Translations under genes and position numbers: made by a program
Notes under the pieces: model-generated
Databases searched by the model: none
Told to the model about the DNA's origin: nothing
The model's input: only the letters and a program-made list of their open reading frames with translations
NCBI RefSeq assembly: GCF_041912895.1
Contig: NZ_JAYSGI010000002.1
Span: forward strand, 521,339-585,338
Reading direction: 5' to 3'
Source of the DNA: Pelagerythrobacter sp.
GTDB lineage: Bacteria; Pseudomonadota; Alphaproteobacteria; Sphingomonadales; Sphingomonadaceae
DNA: 64,000 nt
In this document: in pieces, positions 37,730 through 47,386 of the stretch
Layout: each line of letters opens with the position of its first letter
Position numbering within the stretch: the first letter of the stretch is position 1

Positions 37730-38497
37730 TCAGTCGGCCTGGCGCGCGGCGCGGCGTTCCTTCCATTCGGCGCGCATCGCCTCGCGCACGGCCTTGCCTT
37801 CGGCCGCCGTCACGGTGCCGTCGCCATCGGCGTCGGCACGCTCGAAGTTCTGCGCGAAGGCGGTGTCGAACTCGGCGCGGGTGATCGCCTTGTCGCCATC
37901 GGCATCGGCCATGCGCATCATGCCCATCGCCATCATGTTGTCGCCGCGATGGTGGCCGCGCATCTTGCCGCCGCGCTTGCCTTCGCGGTCGCCGCGCGCC
38001 GCGCGCGCTTCGCCCGAGCGTTCGCCGCGCGCCGCGCGCGCTTCGCCCGAGCGTTCGCCGCGCGCCTCGCGGGCAGCCGCCATCTCGGCCGCGGAGACGC
38101 CGCCGCTGCCGTCGGTGTCGAGCGCGGCGAAGCGTTCGGCCCCGCGCTGCTGCATGCGTTCGGCGCGCGCGGCGCGGCGTTCGGCGGACTTCTCACGCAT
38201 CGTCGCGCCGGCGGCCTGCATCTCGGTCTGCGTGACCTCGCCGTCGCCGTCCGCGTCGAGCTTCGCGAACCGCTCGGCCTTGCGTGCTTCGCGATCGGCG
38301 GCGTCGATCACGCCGTCGGAGTTGGCATCCATCCGCGCGAACAGCGCGGCGGAATGCGCGGTCATCTCGGCGCGGGTCACGTTGCCGTCGCGGTCGGCAT
38401 CGGGGCCGTGGCGGCCACCGCCTTGCTGGGCGAGCGCGACAGTGCCGGCGCTCAGGGCGAGCGCAGCGGCGGACAGGGAAAGGGTGATCGTTTTCAT
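37730..38497 (-). CDS. Periplasmic EF-hand protein with six DxDxDG loops
   Basis: Signal peptide; DADRDG, DANSDG, DADGDG, DTDGSG, DADGDK, DADGDG. Confidence 0.88.
   Translation of the reverse strand: MKTITLSLSAAALALSAGTVALAQQGGGRHGPDADRDGNVTRAEMTAHSAALFARMDANSDGVIDAADREARKAERFAKLDADGDGEVTQTEMQAAGATMREKSAERRAARAERMQQRGAERFAALDTDGSGGVSAAEMAAAREARGERSGEARAARGERSGEARAARGDREGKRGGKMRGHHRGDNMMAMGMMRMADADGDKAITRAEFDTAFAQNFERADADGDGTVTAAEGKAVREAMRAEWKERRAARQAD
37991..38066 (-). repeat. 33-bp in-frame tandem repeat (2.3 copies)
   Basis: Perfect repeat encoding ARGERSGEARA in the EF-hand linker. Confidence 0.9.
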
Positions 38498-38608
38498 CGT
38501 GAACGCTCCATCGGATTGGAGGGAAGAGGGTCTGAACTGCGGGGCCGCCCGGAAGGGGAGGTCGATAAAGCGGCCCACGCAGCTCACGGTGCCTTCAATA
38601 GCGCCCGA

Positions 38609-38660
38609 TTGTCGCAGCATTATCCCGCTGCGCGGCCAGTTTGTCGCGCTTTGTCGCGCT
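38609..38660 (-). promoter_or_regulatory. GCGACAA direct repeats plus -10 GATAAT; candidate OmpR/CpxR-type sites
   Basis: TTGTCGC at 38609, 38641 and 38651 (10-bp period); ATTATC at 38619-38624. Confidence 0.55.
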
Positions 38661-38691
38661 GCGGGCGCGCCGTTCAAGCGCGCGCAAGATT

Positions 38692-39090
38692 TCAGCGCGG
38701 GCGGTGCTCGGTACCTTCGCCCGCGGTGATGAAGATCGCGGTGGCGTGATCTTTCACGTCGGCCACGTGCCAGACACCCGGCGGATTGATCGCATAGTCG
38801 CCCGCACCCAGCGTCGTGCGGTCGATGCGGCCATCGGGGAATTCCTGCGTCAGCACCATCTCGCCCGCGGTGCAGATCACGACTTCGGCACCGTGCGGGT
38901 GCATCTCCCAGCTCGGCCAGCCCTCGGTGAAGCTGTGCTCGGCCACCAGCCGGCCCTCGCGGCCATCGTCTGCATGGCGCGCGCCATAGGCCTCGTACCA
39001 TTCCATTCCATCGAACGGCGGCTGCGGCACCGCGCTCGCGCCAAGCCCCAGGTGGATGAAGGAATCGGCGAGGCGGCGCGCCTGCCCCAT
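38692..39090 (-). CDS. Cupin domain protein
   Basis: WEMHPHGAEVVICTAG...NPPGVWH cupin motifs. Confidence 0.88.
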   Translation of the reverse strand: MGQARRLADSFIHLGLGASAVPQPPFDGMEWYEAYGARHADDGREGRLVAEHSFTEGWPSWEMHPHGAEVVICTAGEMVLTQEFPDGRIDRTTLGAGDYAINPPGVWHVADVKDHATAIFITAGEGTEHRPR

Positions 39091-39482
39091 CAGTCCTTCA
39101 CCATGCAGAAGGCGTTCAATTTATTGCCGTCGCAGTCGCGGAAATAGGCGGCGTAAAAGGTGTTGCCGCCCTGGTCCGGTTCGCCCCGCGGGCCGGGTGC
39201 GCCCTCGTCGCTCCCGCCGTTGGCGAGCGCGATTTCGTAGAGCCGGCCGACCTGATCGCGGTCTTTCGCCTCGAGCGCGACCATCGTGCCATTGCCCACG
39301 CTCGCCGCATTGCCGTCGAACGGCTTGGTAAGCGCGATTCCGGCGCCCCCGTCCCACTGTCCCCAAGCGATGAAGCTGTCGAAATCCATCATCCGACCGA
39401 CGCCCATCTCTTTCGCGATCGCGTCGTAGAATGGAGCGCTGCCCCGCAGATCGTTGGTCCCCAGCGTAACGTAACCGATCAT
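39090..39482 (-). CDS. VOC/glyoxalase family protein (MmcA-like candidate)
   Basis: MIGYVTLGTND, FYAAYFRDCDGNKL; TGATG coupling to the cupin gene. Confidence 0.9.
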   Translation of the reverse strand: MIGYVTLGTNDLRGSAPFYDAIAKEMGVGRMMDFDSFIAWGQWDGGAGIALTKPFDGNAASVGNGTMVALEAKDRDQVGRLYEIALANGGSDEGAPGPRGEPDQGGNTFYAAYFRDCDGNKLNAFCMVKD

Positions 39483-39517
39483 CGTTCCTCTCCTCGGCCT
39501 CGATTCGCGACCGATAA

Positions 39518-39532
39518 GAACATTAGTGGAAC
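39518..39532 (-). promoter_or_regulatory. Alphaproteobacterial LexA (SOS) box
   Basis: GTTC-CACTAAT-GTTC, 35 nt upstream of the VOC ATG. Confidence 0.7.
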
Positions 39533-39557
39533 ATTGTGCCGCAGGGAAGGCCGAGAT

Positions 39558-41375
39558 CTACAGCGGCTGGCACGCCGCCTCGAGCCAGGCCAGCGCCTCG
39601 CCCTCGAGCTGCGGGGCGAGCAGATCGCGCGTCTTGGCGTGGTAATCGTTCCACCAGGCGATCTCGTCCTGGGTCAGCAGCGAGCGGTCGACCAGCGTGG
39701 CGTCGATCGGCACGAAGGTCAGCGCCTCGAACCCGAGCGAAGTGCCCTCGCCGCCTACGATTTCGCGTTCGACCGTGAGGATCAGGTTCTCGATGCGGAT
39801 GCCGTATTCGCCGCCTTTGTAGTAGCCGGGCTCGTTCGAAAGGATCATCCCCGCGAACAGTTCCTGCCCGGTGCCGGGATAGGCTCCGCCCGGCTTGGCG
39901 ATGCGTTGCGGCCCCTCGTGCACGCCGAGGTAGCTGCCGACGCCGTGGCCGGTGCCGTGGCCGTAATCGACCCCGGCCTGCCACAGGAACTGCCGCGCGA
40001 AGGAATCAAGCTGGCTGCCGTTGGTGCCCTGCGGAAAGACCGCGCGGTCGATCGCGATGTGGCCCTTGAGCACGCGGGTGAAGCGGTCCTTCTGTTCGGC
40101 GCTCGGCTCACCCGGCCCGATCCACACGGTGCGCGTGATGTCGGTCGTGCCGTCGAGGTACTGCCCGCCCGAATCGCACAGGAACACGCTGCCCGGCTGG
40201 ATCGGCAGGTTCGATTCCTCGTCCACCCGGTAATGCGGGATCGCGGCATGCGGCCCGGCGGCGGAGATCGTGTCGAAGCTGTTGTCCTTCAGCACGCCGG
40301 TGGCTTTGCGGAATTCCTGCAGTTTCGCCGCTGCCGAAAGCTCGGTCTCGCCGCCCTTGGGCGCGGCGACCGAAAGCCAGTGGAGGAACTGCGTAACCGC
40401 CGCGCCGTCGCGTTCCTGCGCCTTGCGATGGCCCTGCTGTTCGGCGGTATTCTTGATCGCCTTGGGCAGGATCACCGGATCGCGCTCGGCCACCGGCGTC
40501 GCGCCCGCATCTTCCAGCAGGCGGAAGATCGCCGCCACGCCGTAGTCAGGATCGACCGAGACGGTCTTGCCCTTCATCGTGCCCAGCGCGCCGTCGAACT
40601 CGCTGCGCGGGCGGATCGTCACCGCGTTGCCGAGGTGCTTTTCCAGTTCGGGCGTGACCTTCTCGGGCGCGATGAACAGGTCGGCGGTGCCGTCGGCATG
40701 CGCGATCAGATACGACAGCGCGACGGGCGTGCGGTCCACGTCCGCCCCACGGATGTTGAGCAGCCAGGCGATCGAATCGAGCGCGGACACCACCGCCGCG
40801 TCGTAGCCTTCGTCCTTCAGCCAGTCTGCCACCTCGGCGCGCTTTTCCGCGCTGGAACGGCCCGCGTGCTCGTCGGCGTGGACCTGCGCGGCGGCAGCGG
40901 AGGGTTCGGGCCGGTCGCTCCACACCGCATCGACCGGGTTGGTATCGACCGCGACGAGCTCGCTGCCCTTCTTGGCCAGCGCCTTGCCGACCTGATCGGC
41001 CCAGCCTTTGGTGTGCAGCCACGGATCGAAGCCGATCTTCGCGCCCGCGGGCGCGTTGTCGGCGATCCACTTGCCCATCGAGACATCGGGCACGAGGCAA
41101 TAGTCGTAGAGCTTTTCGTCCACCTGCTCGCGCACCTGGATCGTGTAGCGGCCGTCGACGAACATCGCGGCATGATCCTTGAGCACCACCGCGCTGCCCG
41201 CCGAGCCGCCGAAGCCGGTCAGCCAGGCGAGGCGCTGGGCATAGCCGCCGATGTACTCGCTCATATGTTCGTCGGAGATGGGAATGACGAAACCGTCGAG
41301 GCCGCGGCGCTTCAGTTCCTCGCGCAGCGCGGAAAGACGGGCTGAGCCGGAGTCCTTTGTGGTTTGCATAAGCAT
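39558..41375 (-). CDS. Aminopeptidase P family (M24) Xaa-Pro peptidase
   Basis: DEHMSEY, WLTGFGGSAG, DSGGQYLDGTTDITRT, HGTGHGVG, SNEPGYY, GIRIEN. Confidence 0.94.
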   Translation of the reverse strand: MLMQTTKDSGSARLSALREELKRRGLDGFVIPISDEHMSEYIGGYAQRLAWLTGFGGSAGSAVVLKDHAAMFVDGRYTIQVREQVDEKLYDYCLVPDVSMGKWIADNAPAGAKIGFDPWLHTKGWADQVGKALAKKGSELVAVDTNPVDAVWSDRPEPSAAAAQVHADEHAGRSSAEKRAEVADWLKDEGYDAAVVSALDSIAWLLNIRGADVDRTPVALSYLIAHADGTADLFIAPEKVTPELEKHLGNAVTIRPRSEFDGALGTMKGKTVSVDPDYGVAAIFRLLEDAGATPVAERDPVILPKAIKNTAEQQGHRKAQERDGAAVTQFLHWLSVAAPKGGETELSAAAKLQEFRKATGVLKDNSFDTISAAGPHAAIPHYRVDEESNLPIQPGSVFLCDSGGQYLDGTTDITRTVWIGPGEPSAEQKDRFTRVLKGHIAIDRAVFPQGTNGSQLDSFARQFLWQAGVDYGHGTGHGVGSYLGVHEGPQRIAKPGGAYPGTGQELFAGMILSNEPGYYKGGEYGIRIENLILTVEREIVGGEGTSLGFEALTFVPIDATLVDRSLLTQDEIAWWNDYHAKTRDLLAPQLEGEALAWLEAACQPL

Positions 41376-41412
41376 GGTTGCGGTCCTTTCACGGTCCACA
41401 TAGAGGCGCGGG

Positions 41413-43497
41413 ATGGATGATGCCACCGAACATTCGGTTTCTAGGCCACCCGTAGCGGTGAAGCGCCCTGTGAAAGCAACGCACCACGGGCTGGAGATTT
41501 CCGACGATTACGCATGGCTGCGCGATCCCGGCTATCCCACCGTGGACGACAAGGAGGTGCTCGACCACCTCGACGCGGAGAACGCCTGGTTCGAGGCGCG
41601 GATGGAGCCGCACCGCCCGCTGGTCGATACGCTGTTCCAGGAAATGCGCGCGCGCATCAAGGAAGCGGACACGTCGGTGCCGCGCAAGGATGGTGACTGG
41701 CTCTACTGGATCGAATTCGAGGACGGCGCCGAATACAAGAAATGGTGGCGCAGGCCCGTCGCCGGGCCCGATGACGGGAGCGCGGACGAACTGATCCTCG
41801 ACGAACCCGCGCTGGCCGAAGGCAAGGACTATTTCCGCCTCGGCGCGCTGTCGGTCAGCCAGGACGGAACCAGGCTCGCCTATGCGGTGGACGACAACGG
41901 CTCGGAGCGGTTCACCGTCCGCATCAAGGACCTGACGACGGGCGAGATGCTGCCCGACGAGATTCCCGGCACGCTGTCCTCACTCGTCTGGGTCGCGGGC
42001 GATACCGCGCTGATCTATTCGCTGGCCAACGAACAATGGCGGACCGACAACGCGCGGCTCCATCGCCTCGGCACGCCGCTGTCCGACGACGCCGAACTCT
42101 ATCACGAGGACGACGAGGGCTTCCGCGTCGGATCTTCGCTGTCGGCCGACGACAAGTGGGTGCTGATCGGCGCGAGCGACCACGAGACGAGCGAAGTGCG
42201 GCTCGTCCCCGCCGACGATCCGCTGGCGACGCCGCTGCTGGTGCGAGAGCGGCAGACCGGGGTCGAATACGATGTCGACGTGAACGGCGCGACGCTGTTC
42301 GTCCACGCCAACGACGAGCACGAGAACTTCCGCCTCGCCACCGCGCCGCTCGCCGATCCGTCCGAATGGACCACGCTGATCGCCGGATCGGACGAATTCT
42401 ATCTCACCGGGTTCGAACTGCACCGCGATTTCTACGTCGTCGAAGGGCGGCAGGCCGGGCTCGATACGATCGAGCTGCGGTATTACGACGATCCGCAGCG
42501 GATCGAGCCGATCGCCTTCCCCGAGGAAAGCTATTCCGCGGGCCTGGGCAACAACCCCGAATTCGCGACCGAAACGCTGCGCCTGTCGTACGAAAGCATG
42601 GTCAGCCCCTCGACCGTCTACGACTACCATGTCGGCGAGCGTCGGCTCGAAACGCGCAAGGTGCAGGAAATACCCTCGGGCTACGACGCCTCGCTCTACC
42701 GCACCGAGCGGCTGGAGATCGCCGCGCGCGACGGCACCGCGATTCCCGTCTCGATCGTCTACCGCGCCGATCGGTCGAACCCTGGCCCGCTCCACCTCTA
42801 CGGCTACGGCGCCTACGGCATCGCGATCCCGCCCGGCTTCTCGACCGCGCGCCTCAGCCTTGTCGACCGCGGCTTCGCCTACGCCATCGCGCACATCCGC
42901 GGCGGCGACGATCTCGGGCGCGCGTGGTACAAGGCGGGCAAGCTCGAACGGCGGACCAACGCCTTCACCGATTTCGTCGACGCGGCGAAGGGCCTGATCG
43001 CGGCGGGCTATACCGAAGCGGGCCGGATCAGCATCTCGGGCGGCTCGGCGGGCGGCGAGCTGATGGGCGCGGTGATCAATTCGGACCCCGAGCTGTGGGG
43101 CGCGGTGGTGGCGCACGTGCCGTTCGTCGACGTGCTCAACACCATGCTCGACGCCTCGCTGCCGCTGACGCCCGGCGAATGGCCCGAATGGGGCAACCCG
43201 ATCGAGGATCGCGCCGCGTTCGAGCTGATCGCCAGCTACAGCCCCTACGACAACGTGCGCGCGCAAGGCTATCCGCCGATGCTGGTGACCGCCGGGCTCA
43301 ACGATCCGCGCGTGACATACTGGGAACCGGCCAAGTGGGTCGCGCGCCTGCGCGACGTGAAGACCGACGGCAACGAACTGCTGCTCAAGACCAACATGGG
43401 CGCAGGCCACGGCGGCAAGTCGGGGCGTTTCCAGAGCCTCGAGGAAACCGCCGAGGAATTCGCCTTCATCCTGTGGCAGATGGGCTGCGCGCGCTGA
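41413..43497 (+). CDS. ptrB: Oligopeptidase B (S9 family)
   Basis: DDYAWLRD, HIRGG, GGSAGG nucleophile motif, NDPRV, AGHGGKSGR. Confidence 0.92.
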   Translation: MDDATEHSVSRPPVAVKRPVKATHHGLEISDDYAWLRDPGYPTVDDKEVLDHLDAENAWFEARMEPHRPLVDTLFQEMRARIKEADTSVPRKDGDWLYWIEFEDGAEYKKWWRRPVAGPDDGSADELILDEPALAEGKDYFRLGALSVSQDGTRLAYAVDDNGSERFTVRIKDLTTGEMLPDEIPGTLSSLVWVAGDTALIYSLANEQWRTDNARLHRLGTPLSDDAELYHEDDEGFRVGSSLSADDKWVLIGASDHETSEVRLVPADDPLATPLLVRERQTGVEYDVDVNGATLFVHANDEHENFRLATAPLADPSEWTTLIAGSDEFYLTGFELHRDFYVVEGRQAGLDTIELRYYDDPQRIEPIAFPEESYSAGLGNNPEFATETLRLSYESMVSPSTVYDYHVGERRLETRKVQEIPSGYDASLYRTERLEIAARDGTAIPVSIVYRADRSNPGPLHLYGYGAYGIAIPPGFSTARLSLVDRGFAYAIAHIRGGDDLGRAWYKAGKLERRTNAFTDFVDAAKGLIAAGYTEAGRISISGGSAGGELMGAVINSDPELWGAVVAHVPFVDVLNTMLDASLPLTPGEWPEWGNPIEDRAAFELIASYSPYDNVRAQGYPPMLVTAGLNDPRVTYWEPAKWVARLRDVKTDGNELLLKTNMGAGHGGKSGRFQSLEETAEEFAFILWQMGCAR

Positions 43498-43883
43498 TGT
43501 TCACCCGCAGCTTCACCGCGCGGCCCGAACACATCGACGTGATGGGCCACGTCAACAACACGGTGTGGCTGCAATGGGTGCAGGACATGGCGGGCGCGCA
43601 CTGGGAAGCGGCGGCGCGGCCCGAACACGCCGCCGCCTACGTCTGGCTCGTGACGCGGCACGAGATCGACTATCGCGGGAACGTGGCCGAAGGCGAGAGC
43701 GTGACCGCCGAGACCTGGATCGAGGGAGAGCCGCGCGGCGCGACCTCGGTGCGCCGGGTCGATTTCCGCGACGCGCGCGGCAAGGTCATCGTCTCCGCCG
43801 CGACGACCTGGGCGATGCTCGACCGAGCGAGCGGCCGTCCGGCGCGGGTGCGGGCCGAGGTGCTGGAGCCGTTCAGGCGCTAG
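43497..43883 (+). CDS. Acyl-CoA thioesterase (4HBT/YbgC-like)
   Basis: HIDVMGHVNN motif; TGATG coupling. Confidence 0.9.
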   Translation: MFTRSFTARPEHIDVMGHVNNTVWLQWVQDMAGAHWEAAARPEHAAAYVWLVTRHEIDYRGNVAEGESVTAETWIEGEPRGATSVRRVDFRDARGKVIVSAATTWAMLDRASGRPARVRAEVLEPFRR

Positions 43884-45598
43884 GCCGCCGCATTCTGCCG
43901 TAATTGCATTCCATCGGGCCGGAACAGCGTGAGCCGTTCGTGCAGCGTGCGATCGCGGCCCGCCGCCTTCGCTTCGTAGAGCAACCGGTCGGCGCGCGCG
44001 TAGAGGTCGGCGAAGCTCGCCGGTTCCAGCCCGCCGCGGGGCATCTCGATCACCCCCATGCTCGCCGTCACCGGCGTGCCGAGCGCGGCGATCCGCTCGG
44101 CGACGCATTGCGTTATCGCGCGGCGCAGTTCCTCCGCGCGCCGCCGCGCGTGCGGTCCGCGCAGCAACAGCATGAACTCCTCGCCGCCCAGCCGCAGCGC
44201 GATCGAATCGCGGTCGCCGTCGGCTTGCAGCGCACCGGCGCAGACGCGTAGCACCTCGTCGCCGAGCTGATGGCCGTGGGTGTCGTTGACCGCCTTGAAA
44301 TGGTCGAGGTCGAGCAGCGCCATGGTGTCGAAGCCCTGCCGCTGGAGATCGGCGAAGCGCGCCTCGATCGCGCGGCGGTTGAGCAGGCCGGTGAGCGGAT
44401 CGCGCTCGGCCATCGCCTCCATCGCGGCGGAGCGCGCGCGCGCGTTGTCGCGCTCGTGCTTGAGGATCATGAACCGGTCCGCCGCGCCGAGCGAGGTGAC
44501 GATCAGTTCGAACGCGATCGCCGCGCTGAACGCCAGCACCTGGTCCTGCGGTGCGGCACCCCAGCCCAGATTGCTGAGGATGCGCACCAGCGCGACGATC
44601 CAGATCGGCATGCAGGCGACGAACTGATAGCGCGCCGCGCGGCTGCCGCGCAGCATCGCCTGGATCAGCGCGTAGAAGAACAGCGCGATCAGCGGCAGGA
44701 AGGCGAGGTAGTAGACCTCGATCCCATGCTCGCGCAGCGCGGGGAACTTGCAAGCGTAGACGAGCGAGGATGCGGCGGTGATCGCCGCCGCGATACGTAG
44801 CATTCGCCGGGTTCGTTCGGGCAGGCAGCCTTCCTCGAACAGATCGGCGGCGAACATCGCCGCACCGCACACGCCGACGAGCGAGCCGAGCGGGAACAGC
44901 AGCGAGAGCTGCCACAGCTCGAGTTCGACCAGTTCGAGGATCAGGCCCGAGGTGGCCAGCGTCAGCCCGAGCATTCCGAACACCGACAGCCAGTGCCACA
45001 GCAGGAAGCGTGCGCGCAGCACCCGGTAGAACGCGAGATCGAACAGCAGCGGCATCACCAGCAGGCCGCAGATGGCGGCGATCGCAAGCAGCGAATCGTA
45101 GGGCCAGCGAACTTCGTCGGCCGAAGCGACGAGCCGCGCGTCGCCCACCAGCGGAGCGACCCATCCCTGGTCGATCGCCACCACCACCGCACGCGACTGG
45201 TCGGTCACATCGGGGAGCGGCAGCGCGAACTTGATCCCCCGGCCCAGCAACTGCGCATCGTCCATCGTATAGCTGGCGGTGCGCACCGCGCCGCCCTCGT
45301 CGATCACCGAGATCGCGATGCGCGAGAAATCGCCGACGCGGGTAGTGAACCACGCGGGCGCTTCGGCCGAATTCGCGAGATCGAAGCGCAGCATCGCCCG
45401 CGGGGCGCGGTAGTCGGCCAGGCTGCCGTCGCAGCGCCATTGGGGCGCTTGGGCGCCGGTCTTCGTGGGAGGGGTGGAAAGCGCGCCTTCGGCCTGGCAG
45501 GCCGCGGCCAGCGGTTCGGCTTGCGCGGCGGGAACGGCGAACAGCGCGGCCACGAGGACCGCGAGCGTCATCACCCCCCTGATCGCACGCCCGATCAT
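43880..45598 (-). CDS. Membrane-bound diguanylate cyclase (periplasmic sensor, 7TM, GGEEF)
   Basis: Signal peptide, about 7 TM segments, DPLTGLLNRR, DLDHFKAVNDTHGH, RLGGEEF. Confidence 0.92.
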   Translation of the reverse strand: MIGRAIRGVMTLAVLVAALFAVPAAQAEPLAAACQAEGALSTPPTKTGAQAPQWRCDGSLADYRAPRAMLRFDLANSAEAPAWFTTRVGDFSRIAISVIDEGGAVRTASYTMDDAQLLGRGIKFALPLPDVTDQSRAVVVAIDQGWVAPLVGDARLVASADEVRWPYDSLLAIAAICGLLVMPLLFDLAFYRVLRARFLLWHWLSVFGMLGLTLATSGLILELVELELWQLSLLFPLGSLVGVCGAAMFAADLFEEGCLPERTRRMLRIAAAITAASSLVYACKFPALREHGIEVYYLAFLPLIALFFYALIQAMLRGSRAARYQFVACMPIWIVALVRILSNLGWGAAPQDQVLAFSAAIAFELIVTSLGAADRFMILKHERDNARARSAAMEAMAERDPLTGLLNRRAIEARFADLQRQGFDTMALLDLDHFKAVNDTHGHQLGDEVLRVCAGALQADGDRDSIALRLGGEEFMLLLRGPHARRRAEELRRAITQCVAERIAALGTPVTASMGVIEMPRGGLEPASFADLYARADRLLYEAKAAGRDRTLHERLTLFRPDGMQLRQNAAA

Positions 45599-45619
45599 GC
45601 CGGAGGTCTAGCGGGGAAT

Positions 45620-45636
45620 GGTTATGGTCCGCTTAA
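45620..45636 (-). promoter_or_regulatory. CtrA-like box of the first cyclase
   Basis: TTAA-GCGGACC-ATAACC-N9-TAGACC-N6-ATG. Confidence 0.6.
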
Positions 45637-45655
45637 GCAGGGGCGCCGCCGCGCT

Positions 45656-47365
45656 TCACGCAACCGCGCGCGGCCCTCTCGCACCATGCGATGGAAACAG
45701 CGTCAAACGTTCGTGCATCGTCCGGTTGCGCCCGGACTCCTTGGCTTCGTAGAGCAGCTTGTCGGCGCGCGCGTAAAGCTCGTCGAAGCCCAAGGTGTCC
45801 GCAAGCCCCTGTGGCGACTCGATCACCCCCATGCTGGCGGTGACGAGCCGGTCGATCTCGGCGATCTCGCGTGCCACGCGCAGGCTGATGGCGCGGCGCA
45901 TGCGTTCGGCGCGGCCGGCCTGATCGTCCCCGCGCAGCAGGATCAGGAATTCCTCGCCGCCCATCCTCACTGCGATCGAGTTGCGCCCGCCCTCTCCCGA
46001 AAGCGCTGCCGCGACCGACCGCAGCACGTCGTCGCCCACGCCGTGTCCGAAGGTGTCGTTGATGTCCTTGAAGCGGTCGAGGTCGAGCAGCGCGAAGGTC
46101 GCGAAGCCTTGCGCCTGGAGCTGCGGGAAACGCCGTTCGAGCCCGCGGCGGTTGATGAGGTCGGTCAGCGGGTCGCGCTCGACCAGCGAGCCCAGCTCGA
46201 GCGCCATCTTGCGCGCGCTGTCGCGTTCGCGGCGCAGCGTCAGGAACCGGTCCGCCACGCCCAGTGCGGTAATCATCGCCTCGCACAGCATGCCGAGGTA
46301 GAACAGCTCGAGCGCCTCCACGGCCGGGACACCCGGCAGCAGCTCGCTGACGAGCTGGATCGCCAGCGCGGCGGTCAGCGGAATCCACCCGACCAGCTGG
46401 AACACGGCCGCGCGGCTGCCGCGCGCCAGCGCCTTGCCGTTCGCGACCAGCCACAGCGCGAGCACCGGGCTCAGCGCGAGCGCGTGCAGCGGCAGGCCGC
46501 CCGCCAGCAGCCCCTCGGGCCAGACCGCCTGGACCGCCGACACCAGCAGCACCCAGGGCACCGCCCAAGCCATCGCGCGGTCGAGCCGCGGATCACGCTT
46601 GTCCGCCTCGATGAAATGGCGTGTGAACATCAGGCAAGCGGCGATCGCGGTGCCGAACGTACCGATGATCGCGTAACGCCAAAGCGCGATGTCGAGCGCG
46701 ACCACTTCGTTGGCAATCCCGCTGCGGAACACGATCAGCAGAATGAAGCACGCGGTCATCGCCGCGTGCCAGGCGATGAAGCGGTCGCGCAGCACGCGCC
46801 AGAACAGCCCGTCGAACACGATCGGCATCGCCAGCATGCCGATCAGCAACGCGATCATCAGCAGATGCGCAATATGGCCCGGCGCCCGGTCGGGCCGCTC
46901 TGCGGCGAGGTGCAGGCTCTCGAGACTGGCGGTGTGTGCCATACCGTCGAAGCGCACGAGCACGTGCTCGGGCGCGCCGGTGATGGCGGGCAGCGGCAGG
47001 GCGATCGTCGGCCCGTCGCTGGTGGGGATCGCCGCGGCCATCGGCACCCGCGCCGTGGCGTACCTGCCCGCGCCGTCGACGACCGCGATCGCCGCCGCCT
47101 CGAACCGCCCCAGCCGCATGACAAGGTAGCGCGGCGCCGGCTGCGCCGGATCAACATCGAAGCAGAGCGTCACCGTCTGCCCGGGCCGCGCGGGGCCCGG
47201 CTCGCCGCAGGTCCAGGCGGTGTCGGCGGGCAGCGTGGTCAGCGGGGCAGCGGGATGGTCGTGCGTCGTGCAGGGCGGGGCGGCGGAGGCCGCACCGGCG
47301 CAGAGCGCTGCGAAAAACGCCAGCAGCGCCGCCACGACCGCGCGTATGGGAGTACCCCCCGCCAT
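45656..47365 (-). CDS. Membrane-bound diguanylate cyclase, tandem paralog
   Basis: Same architecture; DPLTDLINRR, DLDRFKDINDTFGH, RMGGEEF. Confidence 0.92.
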   Translation of the reverse strand: MAGGTPIRAVVAALLAFFAALCAGAASAAPPCTTHDHPAAPLTTLPADTAWTCGEPGPARPGQTVTLCFDVDPAQPAPRYLVMRLGRFEAAAIAVVDGAGRYATARVPMAAAIPTSDGPTIALPLPAITGAPEHVLVRFDGMAHTASLESLHLAAERPDRAPGHIAHLLMIALLIGMLAMPIVFDGLFWRVLRDRFIAWHAAMTACFILLIVFRSGIANEVVALDIALWRYAIIGTFGTAIAACLMFTRHFIEADKRDPRLDRAMAWAVPWVLLVSAVQAVWPEGLLAGGLPLHALALSPVLALWLVANGKALARGSRAAVFQLVGWIPLTAALAIQLVSELLPGVPAVEALELFYLGMLCEAMITALGVADRFLTLRRERDSARKMALELGSLVERDPLTDLINRRGLERRFPQLQAQGFATFALLDLDRFKDINDTFGHGVGDDVLRSVAAALSGEGGRNSIAVRMGGEEFLILLRGDDQAGRAERMRRAISLRVAREIAEIDRLVTASMGVIESPQGLADTLGFDELYARADKLLYEAKESGRNRTMHERLTLFPSHGARGPRAVA

Positions 47366-47386
47366 GGGGGGGCGGTAGAGCCCCGA

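Noticed and set aside
40960-41400. Slightly lower-GC, Lys-rich 5' part of the aminopeptidase P gene as a recombined patch
   Set aside because: The shift is small, judged only by eye, has no boundary features, and the protein motifs are intact
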